From Piromyces finnis finn (taxonomy: Eukaryota; Fungi; Neocallimastigomycota): 64,000 nucleotides of DNA. A model generated the notes under the pieces. It was not told the origin of the DNA, did not search any database, and saw only the letters and a list, made by a program, of their open reading frames with translations. Position numbers and translations under genes: made by a program. Below are positions 1 through 13,114 of the stretch, in pieces. The number at the start of each line of letters is the position of its first letter. Position 1 is the first letter of the stretch. The DNA lies in assembly GCA_002104945.1 (NCBI GenBank), contig MCFH01000016.1, positions 1-64,000 on the forward strand, given 5' to 3'.

Positions 1-1301
1 GGTGAAAGTTCCTTACTCTTAGCAAAATTAACTAAAATTTGGTATGGTTCATCGAATTTAGAAGTACTTGGCTTAGATAAGTAAAGTTCTAAAACTTCTT
101 TACCCTTAAATTTACCAACATTAGTAACTGAAGCATCAACAGTAACCTTATCACCACTTATTCTAACATTCTTGACAGAATTCTTGAAATCCGTGTAACC
201 TAAACCATGACCGAATGGGAATAAAACATCAACATCAGCTGTATCGAAATAACGGTAACCAACATAGACACCTTCAACGTAATCAGTATCAGTTAAATTA
301 CCAACATTAGCATAGTAATCTTCATACTTGGTCCAAGTAGTAGCAAGCTTACCAGATGGATACTTTTCACCAGTAACAAGATCAACCAAAGTCTTTGAAG
401 TATGAGCACCAAGTTGAGAAAGAACTAAAATGTTTTTGACTTCTTCAAGACCAGATAAATCAACTGGACCACCAGTGTTTAAAACAAGCATAAACTTCTT
501 GAAACCTCTAGCTAAAGTTTTAATAGTTTTTCTTTCAGTTTCAGTAAGGTAAACATCACCCTTTTCAACAGTTCTGTCAACACCTTCACCTGAATTTCTA
601 GATAAAACGTAGATAGCTAAATTACCTCTCTTTTGAACTGGAAGATCACATTCTGGTTCATTCATAATAACACTGAAGTGATTAACAACAAAAGCATAGG
701 CATTTTCATAATCGAATTCAGCTTTAATACTGTCAATATACTTTTTATGGGCTTTTTCATAACATTCATCATAAGCATCTAAATAATCATTGGTTAATAT
801 TTCGAATCCTTCCTTTTTGAATGCAGTTTCAATGGTATCAAAAGTTCTGGTTTGGATATCACCAGAACCAAGACCACCCTTTACGGTTTTTCTTACACCA
901 TTACCGTATAAGTAGATCTTCTTTTCCTTTCTAGAAAGTGGGAAATCACCATTTTTTCTTAATAAAACGGTACATTCACTTAAATGTTGATCTAAAATAT
1001 TTTGGTGTTCAATTTCATAAGCGTTGATTTCATCTTCAGCTTCAGTAGTTTCTGCTTCAGCGACATCAGTAGCAATTTCATTTTGATTATATTCTAAATT
1101 TTCAACTATATATATAAAATTAAATTATTTATATAACTATTAATTTCAAAAATTATTTTACACTCTTTTTTTATCATTAATATAAAATTTTTATTTACCA
1201 TCAGATATAATTTCAATTGAATTTTCAGCAACATTAGCTGGTATAGCATGTGCTAAGAAAGCGTTAAAAGCACATACTAATAAAATACTTGAAAATTTCA
1301 T
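1..1301 (-). CDS. Secreted GH3 beta-glucosidase, copy 1 (5' part only; runs off window start). Exon1 1301-1199, exon2 1105-<1
   Basis: Manual translation gives signal peptide MKFSSILLVCAFNAFLAHA, a phase-1 GT-AG intron, then EDEINAYEIEHQNILDQHLSECTVLLRKNGDFP, highly similar to ORFs 3592-6033 and 10054-12468. Absent from the ORF track because it has no stop in the window. Confidence 0.9.
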
Positions 1302-1701
1302 TTTCTTTTTTCCCCTCCTTTTTTTTATTTTATTTTCTAGATATATGTGTGTGGGTTTTTTTTTTTCTTATATTTATATATATTTTTTTGTTTTTTTTTA
1401 TTTTTATATTCTTTTTTAATTGATGTTGTTGTTGTTTTTTTAATGGAAAAAAGAAATGCTTTTATATTTTTTTTAACTTCATTAATAATAAATTAAAATA
1501 TATATATATTAAAAAAATATATATATTGACTAATATTAATACATTTAAATTTTTGTGTAAAGAAAAAAAAATTAAATATTAAAAAAGGATATTTTTGATA
1601 AATTTTATAAAAAAAAGGATATTTTTAGTCATAATTAATTTAACATTTTGTGTACAAAAAAATGAAAAATAAACAATAGAATTTCTAAAAAAAAGGAAAT
1701 T

Positions 1702-1715
1702 AATTTGCGGATAAA
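1702..1715. promoter_or_regulatory. Candidate cis-element AATTTGCGGATAAA upstream of GH3 copy 1
   Basis: Identical 14-mer at 6582-6595; both lie about 400 bp upstream of their GH3 ATG. Confidence 0.45.
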
Positions 1716-3591
1716 AATTTGATTGTAGATGATCTCCCAATGTATTTTCTATTTTGTATAACAAAAAACGTAGCATAATAATAAAATTGTTTACAATGTA
1801 TTAATTAATTTAAGGAATATATGAATAAAAAATCTAAAAAAAAAAATAGGGGTATGTTGATTGATAAAAAAAAAACAATTATTTTAATATGATTTTAATA
1901 TATTACAATATATAACCACAAATTAATAATATAAATTTAAAAAAAAAATAAATTAAAATATATTATATATCAATGATATATTATTATTTAATATTAAAAA
2001 AGGTTTATTTTTATTAATATATTATATATATTAAATGGATAAAAAATCATATATAATTTATATTTAATATAAAATTAGATTTTATTTATTATAATGTAAG
2101 ATTACAAATTTGCTTAACAATAACACTAAAATAAGAGATGCTTTAGAGTTAGGGTTAGATGCTTTAAACAAAGGATGAGATTTATTTGATAAAAAAAACT
2201 ATATATTATAGTTTAAAAGTTTTTTTTCATCATTTATTATAGTTAGTAACTTAGCTATTTATTTTCTATCATATAAACTATTTCTAAAGTCTTAATGTTT
2301 TCTAAAAAGAATAATAATATAATTTCTCAAAGTCATAAAGTCATGATAATAAAAACAGTATGAATCATAAAACCATATGCACTTACAACTACACATTTTA
2401 TAAATTTTACGGCACAAAATTTTACATATTTTTAATTAATGAAAAGTTTAATAATAAATAAATTAATTTTAAATTAAAAATACAAAATACAAACTATTAA
2501 CAACCAAAAGAATTAAATTAAATTTATATTATTAATTTATTACATTGTTCTACAAACCCATCAATTTATGTATTTGTATTAATTTAATATATTTGTATTA
2601 AATATTTAGTGGTCTAGAATCAAGCCACAAATTGTATATAAGAAAGAAAATTTTTTTTGTATTTTAAATTTTCATAGCTATCATATATTAATAATTTTAA
2701 TATATTAATAAACTTTAAATATTATAAAACAAAATATAATATACAGTTTATACAAACAATAAAAAGAAAAAAATTAATTTAATTATGTACAAAAATAATA
2801 AACTTTATTTAATAATGAAAAAATAAATTTAATCATATAGATATAACGCATGTGTTTGAAAAGATATTTTAATATAAAAATTTTCCTTTATTTATGGTTT
2901 ATGTTTTTATTAGATATTGTATTTTTTATTCATAATAGTAAAAATTAATATTATTAATTTCTAGGCAATAATATTTAATTAAAAGATTATACTAATATTT
3001 AATTAAAATTCATAAATAGTATATAATAAAGTGTTAATATGAAAAAGACAATTTTTATCATTATTTCCTGTCTAAAGCTATAAAAAATATTCCTTCTTAG
3101 ATTTTTTAATCGCATGTTTCTTGTTTCTTCCTTAAAAAAGTAAAAAAAAAAAAAAAAATAGATATTTGCCAGAATCTTGGTTAGGTAATTTCTTTAACTA
3201 TAATGCAATTATATCACATTTTTTTCAAATTAATAAAATTCATATATAAAATATCTTTTACCAATATTATTATTTTTCAATTTTATCTGAATAAATGTAA
3301 ACCATTTACTAAACTATTGTAATAATAAGTTGTAAAAGTTATTTTTAAAAAAAAAATTCAATTCATTAAAATTTTTTTATTTAATTATTTTTTTTATTTA
3401 ATTATTTTTTATTTTTTGCAATAAATAATACTTTTTAATAAATAATTTTTCTTAAATATTATAATTAGTATTTTTTTTAAATAAATATTTTAAATAAATA
3501 TAATATATAAAATTTTATAATTTAAAAAATTACATATTTTTATAAATAATGCATTTAATCTTTTCTAATTAAAATTAAATACTTTGATATC

Positions 3592-6183
3592 TTAATTTTG
3601 AACCTTTAAAATGACTTCATAAATTCTAGTGGCAGAAGCTTCTAATTCTTCCATACTTAAAGTGTTGTCTTCAATGGCAGCAACAACTTCATCAAAGAAA
3701 TCTTTGTTACCTTGCATGACAACATCACCTGAAGCCTTAATAATATTAACAGCAGAGTATTGTGGGTATTTACCTTCAGTATCAGTGTTTGCCATATTAG
3801 CGAAAAGCCAGTCAGTCATAACAACTTCATTGTATTCAAGTTCCTTTCTTAAAACGTTAGTCATAATACCAACATGTTCATTAACGTGAATACCATTAAC
3901 TAAATTGTAAGAAGACATAATACCTCCTGGTTTACCGTTTTTGATAGCAATTTCAAAACCTCTTAAATAAACTTCACGGAAAGCTCTTTCAGACATGTTA
4001 CTACTGTTGAAGGAACGGTTTGTTTCTTTGTTGTTACCAAGGAAGTGCTTAAGAGTAACGTAAGCCTTTTCATGACCTTGAACACCCTTAGTAATAGAAG
4101 CAGCCATCATACCACTAATGTATGGATCCTCAGAATAGTATTCAAAGTTTCTACCATTGACAATGGTTCTGTGAATGTTTAAGGCTGGGGCAAGCCAGAA
4201 GTTAATACCGAAAATGTTCATTTCATCACCGACTATATCACCACATTTCTTAGCAAAATTAACATTCCAACTTTGAGCAAGAGCAGTACCAATTGGAATA
4301 GCAGTAGTGTATTGATGTATGTAAGTAACACCTTCTGGAACAAATGGGAATAAGAAAGAGAAGGCATCTCTCATTTCTAATGGAACAATGTCTAAAGTAT
4401 CAGAACCGAACATACCTTCAGTTGAATGTGGAAGACCATCTTCACCAATGTAATAATCCTTGGCAATGTTAATACCGGCTGGACCATCAGATAAAACAGC
4501 TGGCTTTAAATCTCTAAACTTGTAGAATTCACCGGCAACACCAGCAACAGAGTAAACATAGCTACCATATGGATCAGAACTATGAGCACCAATAACTAAA
4601 CTAACCTTTTCTTCAACACTTAAACCTTTAACCTCTTCATTAATAATGGATTTCTTGGTGTAATCAACAGTTTCAGTCTTAATATGTTTGGCATTAAGAG
4701 TTAATACTGGAACACCGGTTAAATCATCTTCCTTCTTTGATTTGAAAACTAAATCTTGGAATCCTGAATCAGCAAGTTGATTTTGAACCTTCTTAACAAT
4801 AACCTTGGATGGAACTTCAATAACAGCGCATGGAACAGTGTTTCTACTAGAGTTACCAATACGAATAATGTAATTACCAGCATTTAAGACATAGGCTTGA
4901 CTCTTACTATCGTAACTAGCAAAATCAGATAATTTAAATTCTAATTTAACATTATCCTTCTTTTTTGGTGAAAGTTCTTTAGTTTTAGCAAAGTTAACTA
5001 ATTCTTGGTATGGTTCATCTAAATCAGAGGTACTTGGCTTAGATAAGTAAAGTTCTAAAACTTCTTTACCTTTAGCTTTACCAACATTAGTAACAATAGC
5101 ATCGACAGTAACCTTTTCACCATTTATTTTAACGCTCTTTATTGAGTTTTCAAATTCAGTGTAACTTAAACCATGACCGAATGGGAATAAAACATCAACA
5201 TCAGCTGAATCGAAATAACGGTAACCAACGTAGACACCTTCAACGTAATCAACATCTGTTAAATTACCTGTATTAGCAAAGTAGTCATCGTATTTAGTCC
5301 AAGTAGTAGTAAGTTTACCAGATGGGTATTTTTCACCAGTAACAAGATCAACTAAAGTCTTTGAAGTGTTAAAACCAAGTTGAGAAAGAACTAAAATATT
5401 TTGAACTTCTTCAAGACCAGATAAATCAACTGGACCACCAGTGTTTAAAACAAGCATGAATTTTTTATAACCTCTAGCCAAAGTTTTAATAGCCTTCTTT
5501 TCACTATCAGTAAGGAAAATATCACCCTTAGCAACCTTTCTGTCAATACCTTCACCAGTAATTCTGGATACTACATAGACAGCTAAATCACCACTTTCAT
5601 CAATTGGAATATCACATTCTGGTTCATCCATAATAACACTGAAGTGATCAATAAGATAACCATATGGATTTGCATAATCAAATCCATCTCTAAGGCCTTG
5701 AATAAAATCGTCATGAGCCTTTTCGTAGCAATCATCATAAGCATCTAAATATTCGCTTGATAAAACTTCAAATCCTTCCTTCTTAAAGGCAGTTTCAATG
5801 GTATCAAATGTTCTAGTTTTGATATTACCAGAACCAAGACCACCCTTAACAGTATGTCTTATACCTCCACCATATAAGTGGATCTTTCTTTCGGAACTGG
5901 AGATTGGGAAATCACCATTTTTTCTTAATAAAACGGTACATTCACTTAAATGTTGGTCTAAAACACTTTGGTGTTCAATTTCATAATCATTAATTTCATC
6001 TTCTGTTACAGATGTATCTTCTAAAATATACAAAGATCAAAGATAAATTTTAATAACCAATGTTTAATAAAATTTAATTCTATAAACAATTTTTATGTTT
6101 TTATTTATGTTGTTTATTTTACCTGCAAAAGCATGTACTATAGAATTAATAGTACATAGTAATAAAATATTTAAAAATTTCAT
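3592..6183 (-). CDS. Secreted GH3 beta-glucosidase, copy 2. Exon1 6183-6123, exon2 6020-3592
   Basis: GH3 motifs: VLLRKNGDFP, RITGEGIDR (acid/base region), SDGPAG, GRNFEYYSEDP, TLKHF, MSSYN, VMTDW (nucleophile). Signal peptide MKFLNILLLCTINSIVHAFA lies in a separate exon with a phase-consistent intron. Confidence 0.93.
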
Positions 6184-6581
6184 TCTTTTTAACTTTTTTT
6201 TTTTTTTATATTAAATAATTATTGATGTTGTTTAAAAAAAAAAAAAAAGAAGCATCTTTTATATATTTTTCCCTTTTATTAATAAATTTTAATTATTAAG
6301 AAAATAAAAGGAGACAAAAAGAAAAAAGGGAAATTATACTATTGGCTAGTTATGATAATTATTTAAAAACTATTGATTTATTAATAATTGCTATATAAAA
6401 AGACAATAATATAAAAATGTATTGTTTACTTTAAATACCATTTAAACTTTATCATTTTATTTAATCCATTATTGTGAAAAAAAAAAAAAAAGGTGTGTGA
6501 TAAAAGCTAAGTAAAAAAAACATTTGTTAATAATAAACTTTGCATTTAATGAATGTAAAATAATATATAAAATCTAAAATG

Positions 6582-6595
6582 AATTTGCGGATAAA
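6582..6595. promoter_or_regulatory. Candidate cis-element AATTTGCGGATAAA upstream of GH3 copy 2
   Basis: Identical to 1702-1715 at a matched distance (399 vs 401 bp) from the ATG. Confidence 0.45.
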
Positions 6596-7965
6596 TTTTA
6601 AAAAATCATCCAATAACATTATAGCTCTGTTTAAATAAAAAAAACATGGTATCTATAATAAAAAAAGTTGGTTCATAATGTATTATTATTAAAAAAAAAA
6701 AAGGGAGAAAATGATTGACAAAATAAATTAATTCTTTAATTTTAATCTATTTTAATAGATCTAAAAAAAAAAAAATAAACAATAAAAATAAAATATATAT
6801 ATAAACTTTATTAATTATTATTTTAAAATGAATAAAAGGATTAATCATAAATATTAATAAATCATTATGATCTAAAAATATTTTTTATTCATTTCTTAAA
6901 ATCTATTTTAATTCTTAAATGTGCCTTTTATAAATTGTGGTTAGTTAATTATAATCATTAATTATAGAATCTAAAAGTATAGTAAAAAAAAAAAAAAATA
7001 ACATAATCATTAATCATTATAATAATAATAAAGTTGAAATTATTAATTGGATCAGGGATCAAGAATAAAATATAATTTATATTAATATAAATTTATATAA
7101 TATATAAATTTAGAATTTATCATTATAAAATATTTAACACTCTTTTTATTTTGCTATTTATTTTATTTATTATTAGTTTTATAATGATTAATAAAAAGAA
7201 AAATGACCAATTAAATATAATATAAATAAAGTAGTAATAAACATTTTGTGCTTAGCAAAATAAATCAAATTTATAAATATTATTTATTTCAATATTGATT
7301 TTTTTTTTTTAAAGTTTATTGAAATTTAGTTATTCAAAGTTATATTGTCCTTTTCTTTTTTGAAAAGATAAAATCTATAAATGATAAAAATAAGAATATA
7401 ATGGATAATTTATAATCAATAATCAAAAATAATTGTTGTATTTTGATAATTATACTTTTAAATATTTCAAAATTTTAATATTTGTTGGAAGAAAAAAAAA
7501 AATAAATTCTTATTTGTTATAATTAAAATATATATATTCATACTATTATTATTTTATTATTACTGCTTTTTCTCTTTTTTTTTTTTTTTTTTCCTTCTCA
7601 AGTAAAAAAAAAAAAAATATATTTAAATTAATTTTATTGTAGATTTTCCTATGAAAATAAAAATATTTAGTATAAATTCAAAATAAAATTTAATTAATGT
7701 ACACTAATAAAAAATAAAAATAAAAAAAAAAACTTTTCAAGGAATGAAATTAGGATCATCTTTTTTTTTTTTTTAATGGCATCAAATATTTTAAAACTTT
7801 ATTATTAATTTAATTAAAATTATAATACATGTAATATAAAAATTAAAATAAAATTAAAAATAAAAAAATATGTTTAAATAAACACAAATGAATAAAAATT
7901 GGGTATAATGTATTCTAGTAATTAAAGTAAGAAAGCCACTATTATACTAAAGTATAATAATTGTA

Positions 7966-8350
7966 TTTGACTTCCAATGGGACACCGAGCCAAAGATCAA
8001 AATTTTATTATGGGATAAAATTATAATCTCCATTGGTTGCGCTGGCCCTCCTGGCCTGTCTTACTGTCTTACTGTTTCTTCAGCATTGACGCTCTTGGAT
8101 GTTGCTTCAAACCTTTTGAACATTGACCATTGCTGGCCAATAGCAAAAGGCATGATTTTGGTTAAAAGTTCCGCAGTTACCGTCAAGAATGGTGTTCCTT
8201 CATTAGTACCAGATTGAACCTGACACTTGCAAAGTTCTTTCCATCCCCTTGAATTGTAATTTGATATTGTTAAAACTTCTTCCCCCAAGAAGGAATTTAA
8301 ATATTTTACTGCAAACACTAGAATAATCATACACATTAATATTCACCGGA
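7966..8350 (-). mobile_element. Putative 3' remnant of a non-LTR retrotransposon (ORF end plus structured 3' UTR)
   Basis: GC-richer island in AT-rich intergenic DNA. Short ORF 8336-8061 is followed by nested inverted repeats. Positions 8044-8094 share 38/43 nt (plus an 8-nt duplication) with the SINE-like element at 24379-24421. No RT or endonuclease motif is visible, so the class is inferred. Confidence 0.5.
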
Positions 8351-8576
8351 TTATTAGAACTATTACTATCATTAACTAAATTACTATCTAAATTAGAATT
8401 ATTATCTTCACTATTGCTATCATTACTAACATTATTATTTCTACTACTACTATTGTTATTATTACTATTGTTACTATTATCATTAATATTATGATCATCA
8501 TTAACCAGAAATAAATTGGTTGTTGTTTAAAAATCTATTGAATATTAATTATTTTTTTTTTTTTTTACTTTATCAA

Positions 8577-10099
8577 ATACTTTTCATTGATCCATAATTC
8601 TTTTTTTGAATAATACCAAATTTCTTAAATCACCACAAAAATGAAGATTTACATTGTCTATATTTTTTATCCTTTTCTTTTTTTTTTTTTTTTTAATATT
8701 CTTTATTTAATACTTTTCAAAATTGGTTATTTATTCATATTTGTTAATTTGTTTTATTTATTTATTAATCTATGGTTAGTTTATTTAAATATTAATTTAT
8801 TTTATTTTTTATTTCACTTTATTGTTTATATCTATTTCTATAATCTATAATTTAATAATAAATAATTAATTTACTATAAAATTTATAATTCATATATATT
8901 AATTTCAAATAATAATAATTTTTATTTATTAATTGAATTTTATTAATATATATTTTATTTTTTTTGTAATTTATACAAATTTTTTTTATTATTTATATTT
9001 AATAAATAATTCATTATTCTATGAAATTTTACTTGATATTTATTGAATTTCTTTAATTAATTCGTAGATTCTGGTAACACTAGATACTTTTCATTGATCC
9101 ATAATTCTTTTTTTGAATAATACCAAATTTCTTAAATCACCACAAAAATGAAGATTTACATTGTCTATATTTTTTATCCTTTTCTTTTTTTTTTTTTTTT
9201 TAATATTCTTTATTTAATACTTTTCAAAATTGGTTATTTATTCATATTTGTTAATTTGTTTTATTTATTTATTAATCTATGGTTAGTTTATTTAAATATT
9301 AATTTATTTTATTTTTTATTTCACTTTATTGTTTATATCTATTTCTATAATCTATAATTTAATAATAAATAATTAATTTACTATAAAATTTATAATTCAT
9401 ATATATCAATTTCAAATAATAATAATTTTTATTTATTAATTGAATTTTATTAATATATATTTTATTTTTTTTGTAATTTATACAAATTTTTTTTATTATT
9501 TATATTTAATAAATAATTCATTATTCTATGAAATTTTACTTGATATTTATTGAATTTCTTTAATTAATTCGTAGATTCTGGTAACACTAGATACTTTTCA
9601 TTGATCCATAATTCTTTTTTTGAATAATACCAAATTTCTTAAATCACCACAAAAATGAAGATTTACATTGTCTATATTTTTTATCCTTTTCTTTTTTTTT
9701 TTTTTTTTAATATTCTTTATTTAATACTTTTCAAAATTGGTTATTTATTCATATTTGTTAATTTGTTTTATTTATTTATTAATCTATGGTTAGTTTATTT
9801 AAATATTAATTTATTTTATTTTTTATTTCACTTTATTGTTTATATCTATTTCTATAATCTATAATTTAATAATAAATAATTAATTTACTATAAAATTTAT
9901 AATTCATATATATTAATTTCAAATAATAATAATTTTTATTTATTAATTGAATTTTATTAATATATATTTTATTTTTTTTGTAATTTATACAAATTTTTTT
10001 TATTATTTATATTTAATAAATAATTCATTATTCTATGAAATTTTACTTGATATTTATTGAATTTCTTTAATTAATTCGTAGATTCTGGTAACACTAGAT
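8577..10099. repeat. Tandem triplication, 507-bp unit x3, covering the last codons and 3' flank of GH3 copy 3
   Basis: Identical spurious 69-aa ORFs at 8641, 9148 and 9655 (period 507). The unit contains gtagattctggtaacactagat, the GH3 C-terminal coding sequence. Confidence 0.95.
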
Positions 10100-12985
10100 T
10101 CTAATTCTTCCATAGTTAATTTATTTTCCTTAACAGCTTCTAAAACAAGATCATAGTAATCCTTTGAACCTGGCATGATAACATCATGTGATGACTTAAT
10201 AATTTCATATGGAGAGTAATCTGGGTATTTATCAGTTGAGGCCATTGAAGGAGAAGTCCAATCAGTCATAATAACATTATTGTAATTATTTTCTCTTCTT
10301 AAAATATTGGCAATAACACCAATATGTTGATTAGCATGAATACCATTAATTAAATTGAATGAAGACATAATACCCTTTGGATTAGCGTTCTTGATAGCAA
10401 TTTCATAACCTCTTAAATAGATTTCACGGAAAGCTCTTTCAGACATGTTACTGCTGCTACCGTAACGGTTGGTTTCCTTGTTATTAGCAGCATAGTGCTT
10501 AAGAGTAACAAAAGCATTCTTGTGCTTTTGAACACCCTTAGTAACGTAAGTAGCCATTATACCACTGACATATGGATCTTCAGAATAGTATTCAAAGTTT
10601 CTACCGTTTAAGATGGATCTGTGAATATTTAAGGCTGGAGCAAGCCATAAATTAATATGGAACATGCTCATTTCAGTACCAACAATATCACCACATTGTT
10701 GAGCAAAGTTAACATTCCAACTTTGAGCAAGAGCAGTACCAATTGGAATAGCAGTAGTGTATTGGTGGTAGAGTTTAACACCTTCTGGAGCCTTTGGGAA
10801 TAAGAAACCAAATTGACCCTTTATATCATCTGGAACAACTTCTAAAGCAGTAAATGGAATACCTCCCTTGGTTGCATGTGGAAGACCATCTTCACCAATA
10901 TAATAATCTCTAGCAATATTAACACCAGCTGGACCGTCAGACAAAACAACTGGCTTTAAATCCTTGAACTTATATAATTCACCAGCAATGCCAGCAACAG
11001 TAGTAGCGTAGGATCCGAATGGGTCTTCACTGTGAGCACCAATAACAAACTTAACTTTTTCTTCAGTGCTTAAAGCCTTAACTTCTTCATTAATTCTGAA
11101 TTTCTTGCTGTAATCAACAGTTTCAGTCTTAATACTCTTAACATTAAGTCTTAATCTCTTAACACCTCTTAAATCATCTCTTTTCTTTGATTGGAAAACT
11201 AAATCTTTGAATTCTGGTTCAGTGAGTTGGTTTTGAACCTTCTTAATAATAACCTTGGATGGAACTTCAATAACAGCGCATGGAACAGTGTTTCTACTGG
11301 AGTTACCAATACGAACAACATAATTACCAGCACTTAAGACATAAGCTTGAATCTTACTATCATAACTAGCAAAGTCTGATAATTTGAATTCTAACTTAAG
11401 ATTATCCTTCTTTCTTGGTGAAAGTTCCTTACTCTTAGCAAAATTAACTAAAATTTGGTATGGTTCATCTAATTCAGAAGTACTTGGCTTAGATAAGTAA
11501 AGTTCTAAAACTTCTTTACCCTTAAATTTACCAACATTAGTAACTGAAGCATCAACAGTAACCTTATCACCACTTATTCTAACATTCTTAACGGAATTCT
11601 TGAAATCAGTGTAACCTAAACCATAACCGAATGGGTATAAAACATCAACATCAGCTGAATCGAAATAACGGTAACCAACGTAGACACCTTCAACGTAATC
11701 AGTATCAGTTAAATTACCAATGTCGGCAAAGTATTCATCATACTTTGTCCAAGTAGTAGCAAGCTTACCAGATGGATACTTTTCACCAGTAACAAGATCA
11801 ACTAAAGCCTTAGAAGTATTGGCACCAAGTTGAGAAAGAACTAAAATGTTTTTAACTTCTTCAAGACCAGATAAATCAACTGGACCACCAGTGTTTAAAA
11901 CAAGCATGAACTTTTTGTAACCCTTAGCTAAAGTTTTAATAGCCTTCTTTTCACTATCAGTAAGTAAAACATCACCCTTTTCGTTAACTCTATCTAAACC
12001 TTCACCAGAAATTCTTGAAACAACGAATAAAGCAACATCACCTCTTTTTTGTATTGGAATATCACATTCTGGTTCATTTAAAACAACACTGAAATGTGAA
12101 AAGATATAACCAAATGGGTTTTCGTAATCAAATTCAGCCTTTAATTGACCAATGTATGCATCATAAGCATTTTGATAGCATTCATCATAAGCATCTAAAT
12201 AATCTTTAGTTAAAACTTCAAATCCACCCTTTTTGAAGGCAGTTTCAATATTATCAAAAGTTCTAGTTTCAATATCACCAGAACCAAGACCACCCTTAAC
12301 AGTATGTCTTATACCTCCACCATATAAATGAATTTTTCTTTCCTTACTAGAAAGTGGGAAATCACCATTTCTCTTTAATAAAACAGTACATTCACCTAAA
12401 TGTTCATCTACAATTTTTTGGTGTTCAATTTCATATTCGTTTATTTCATCTTTATAATGTAAATACATTAAAGTAATAACGTTAATATAAATATGTAACC
12501 CTAAATATGTAACCCAAATAAAAAGTTTTTTTTCTATTTATTTAACCATCTATTTATATATATATATATATATTTACCTTTTTCTTCATCGGAAGAATTT
12601 TCGACACCAACATCGATATCATCAACATCTATAATACCAGTTACGTTTTCAACTTTTTAATATTTAATAATACAATAATTATATTATTAGTTTCGATGAT
12701 CAATTTAATTTAAAATTTTGTTAATATTATATTTCCTACCTTCAGAAAAACTTTCTTCAATATCAGTTGTTTCTTCTTTAACTATTATATAGTTTATATT
12801 TTATTATTAATTTTTTTAATTCAAATGTTTATTTTAATAATATATAAATTTCATTTATAAAAATAAATATTAATGAAATTCATTAACTCTTATTTTTAAA
12901 ATAATAAACAATAATACATACCTGGAACAGATAAGACTAAATGGGTATTAAGAATACCTAATAAAAATAAATTGAAGAATTTCAT
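10054..12985 (-). CDS. Secreted GH3 beta-glucosidase, copy 3. Exons 12985-12922, 12781-12740, 12652-12578, 12449-10054
   Basis: Same GH3 motifs (ISGEGLDR, GRNFEYYSEDP, LKHY, IMTDW). Signal exon MKILQFILLGILNTHLVLSVP plus two acidic micro-exons; all junctions are GT-AG and frame-consistent. Confidence 0.92.
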
Positions 12986-13065
12986 TCTTTATTTTTTTTT
13001 TATATTTTATTTTTAATTTCGTACAGGTTTGTTTTTTATTTTTTATATTTTTTCTATTCTACTCT

Positions 13066-13067
<2 letters not shown>

Positions 13068-13113
<46 letters not shown>

Positions 13114-13114
13114 T
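13068..13114. repeat. (TTTA)n microsatellite followed by poly-T
   Basis: Direct reading. Confidence 0.85.

Noticed and set aside
1579-1776. Short F/I/L/K/Y-rich ORFs in intergenic DNA (also 16146, 42725, 50288, 55495, 62991)
   Set aside because: Composition reflects AT bias; no motifs or splice support.
2135-2170. ttagggttag telomere-like motif flanked by duplicated gatgcttta
   Set aside because: Only about 1.5 units and internal; no evidence for an interstitial telomere.
8641-9864. Three identical 69-aa ORFs
   Set aside because: They are antisense translations of AT-rich 3' flank within the 507-bp triplication, not genes. The repeat is not CRISPR-like (no spacers).
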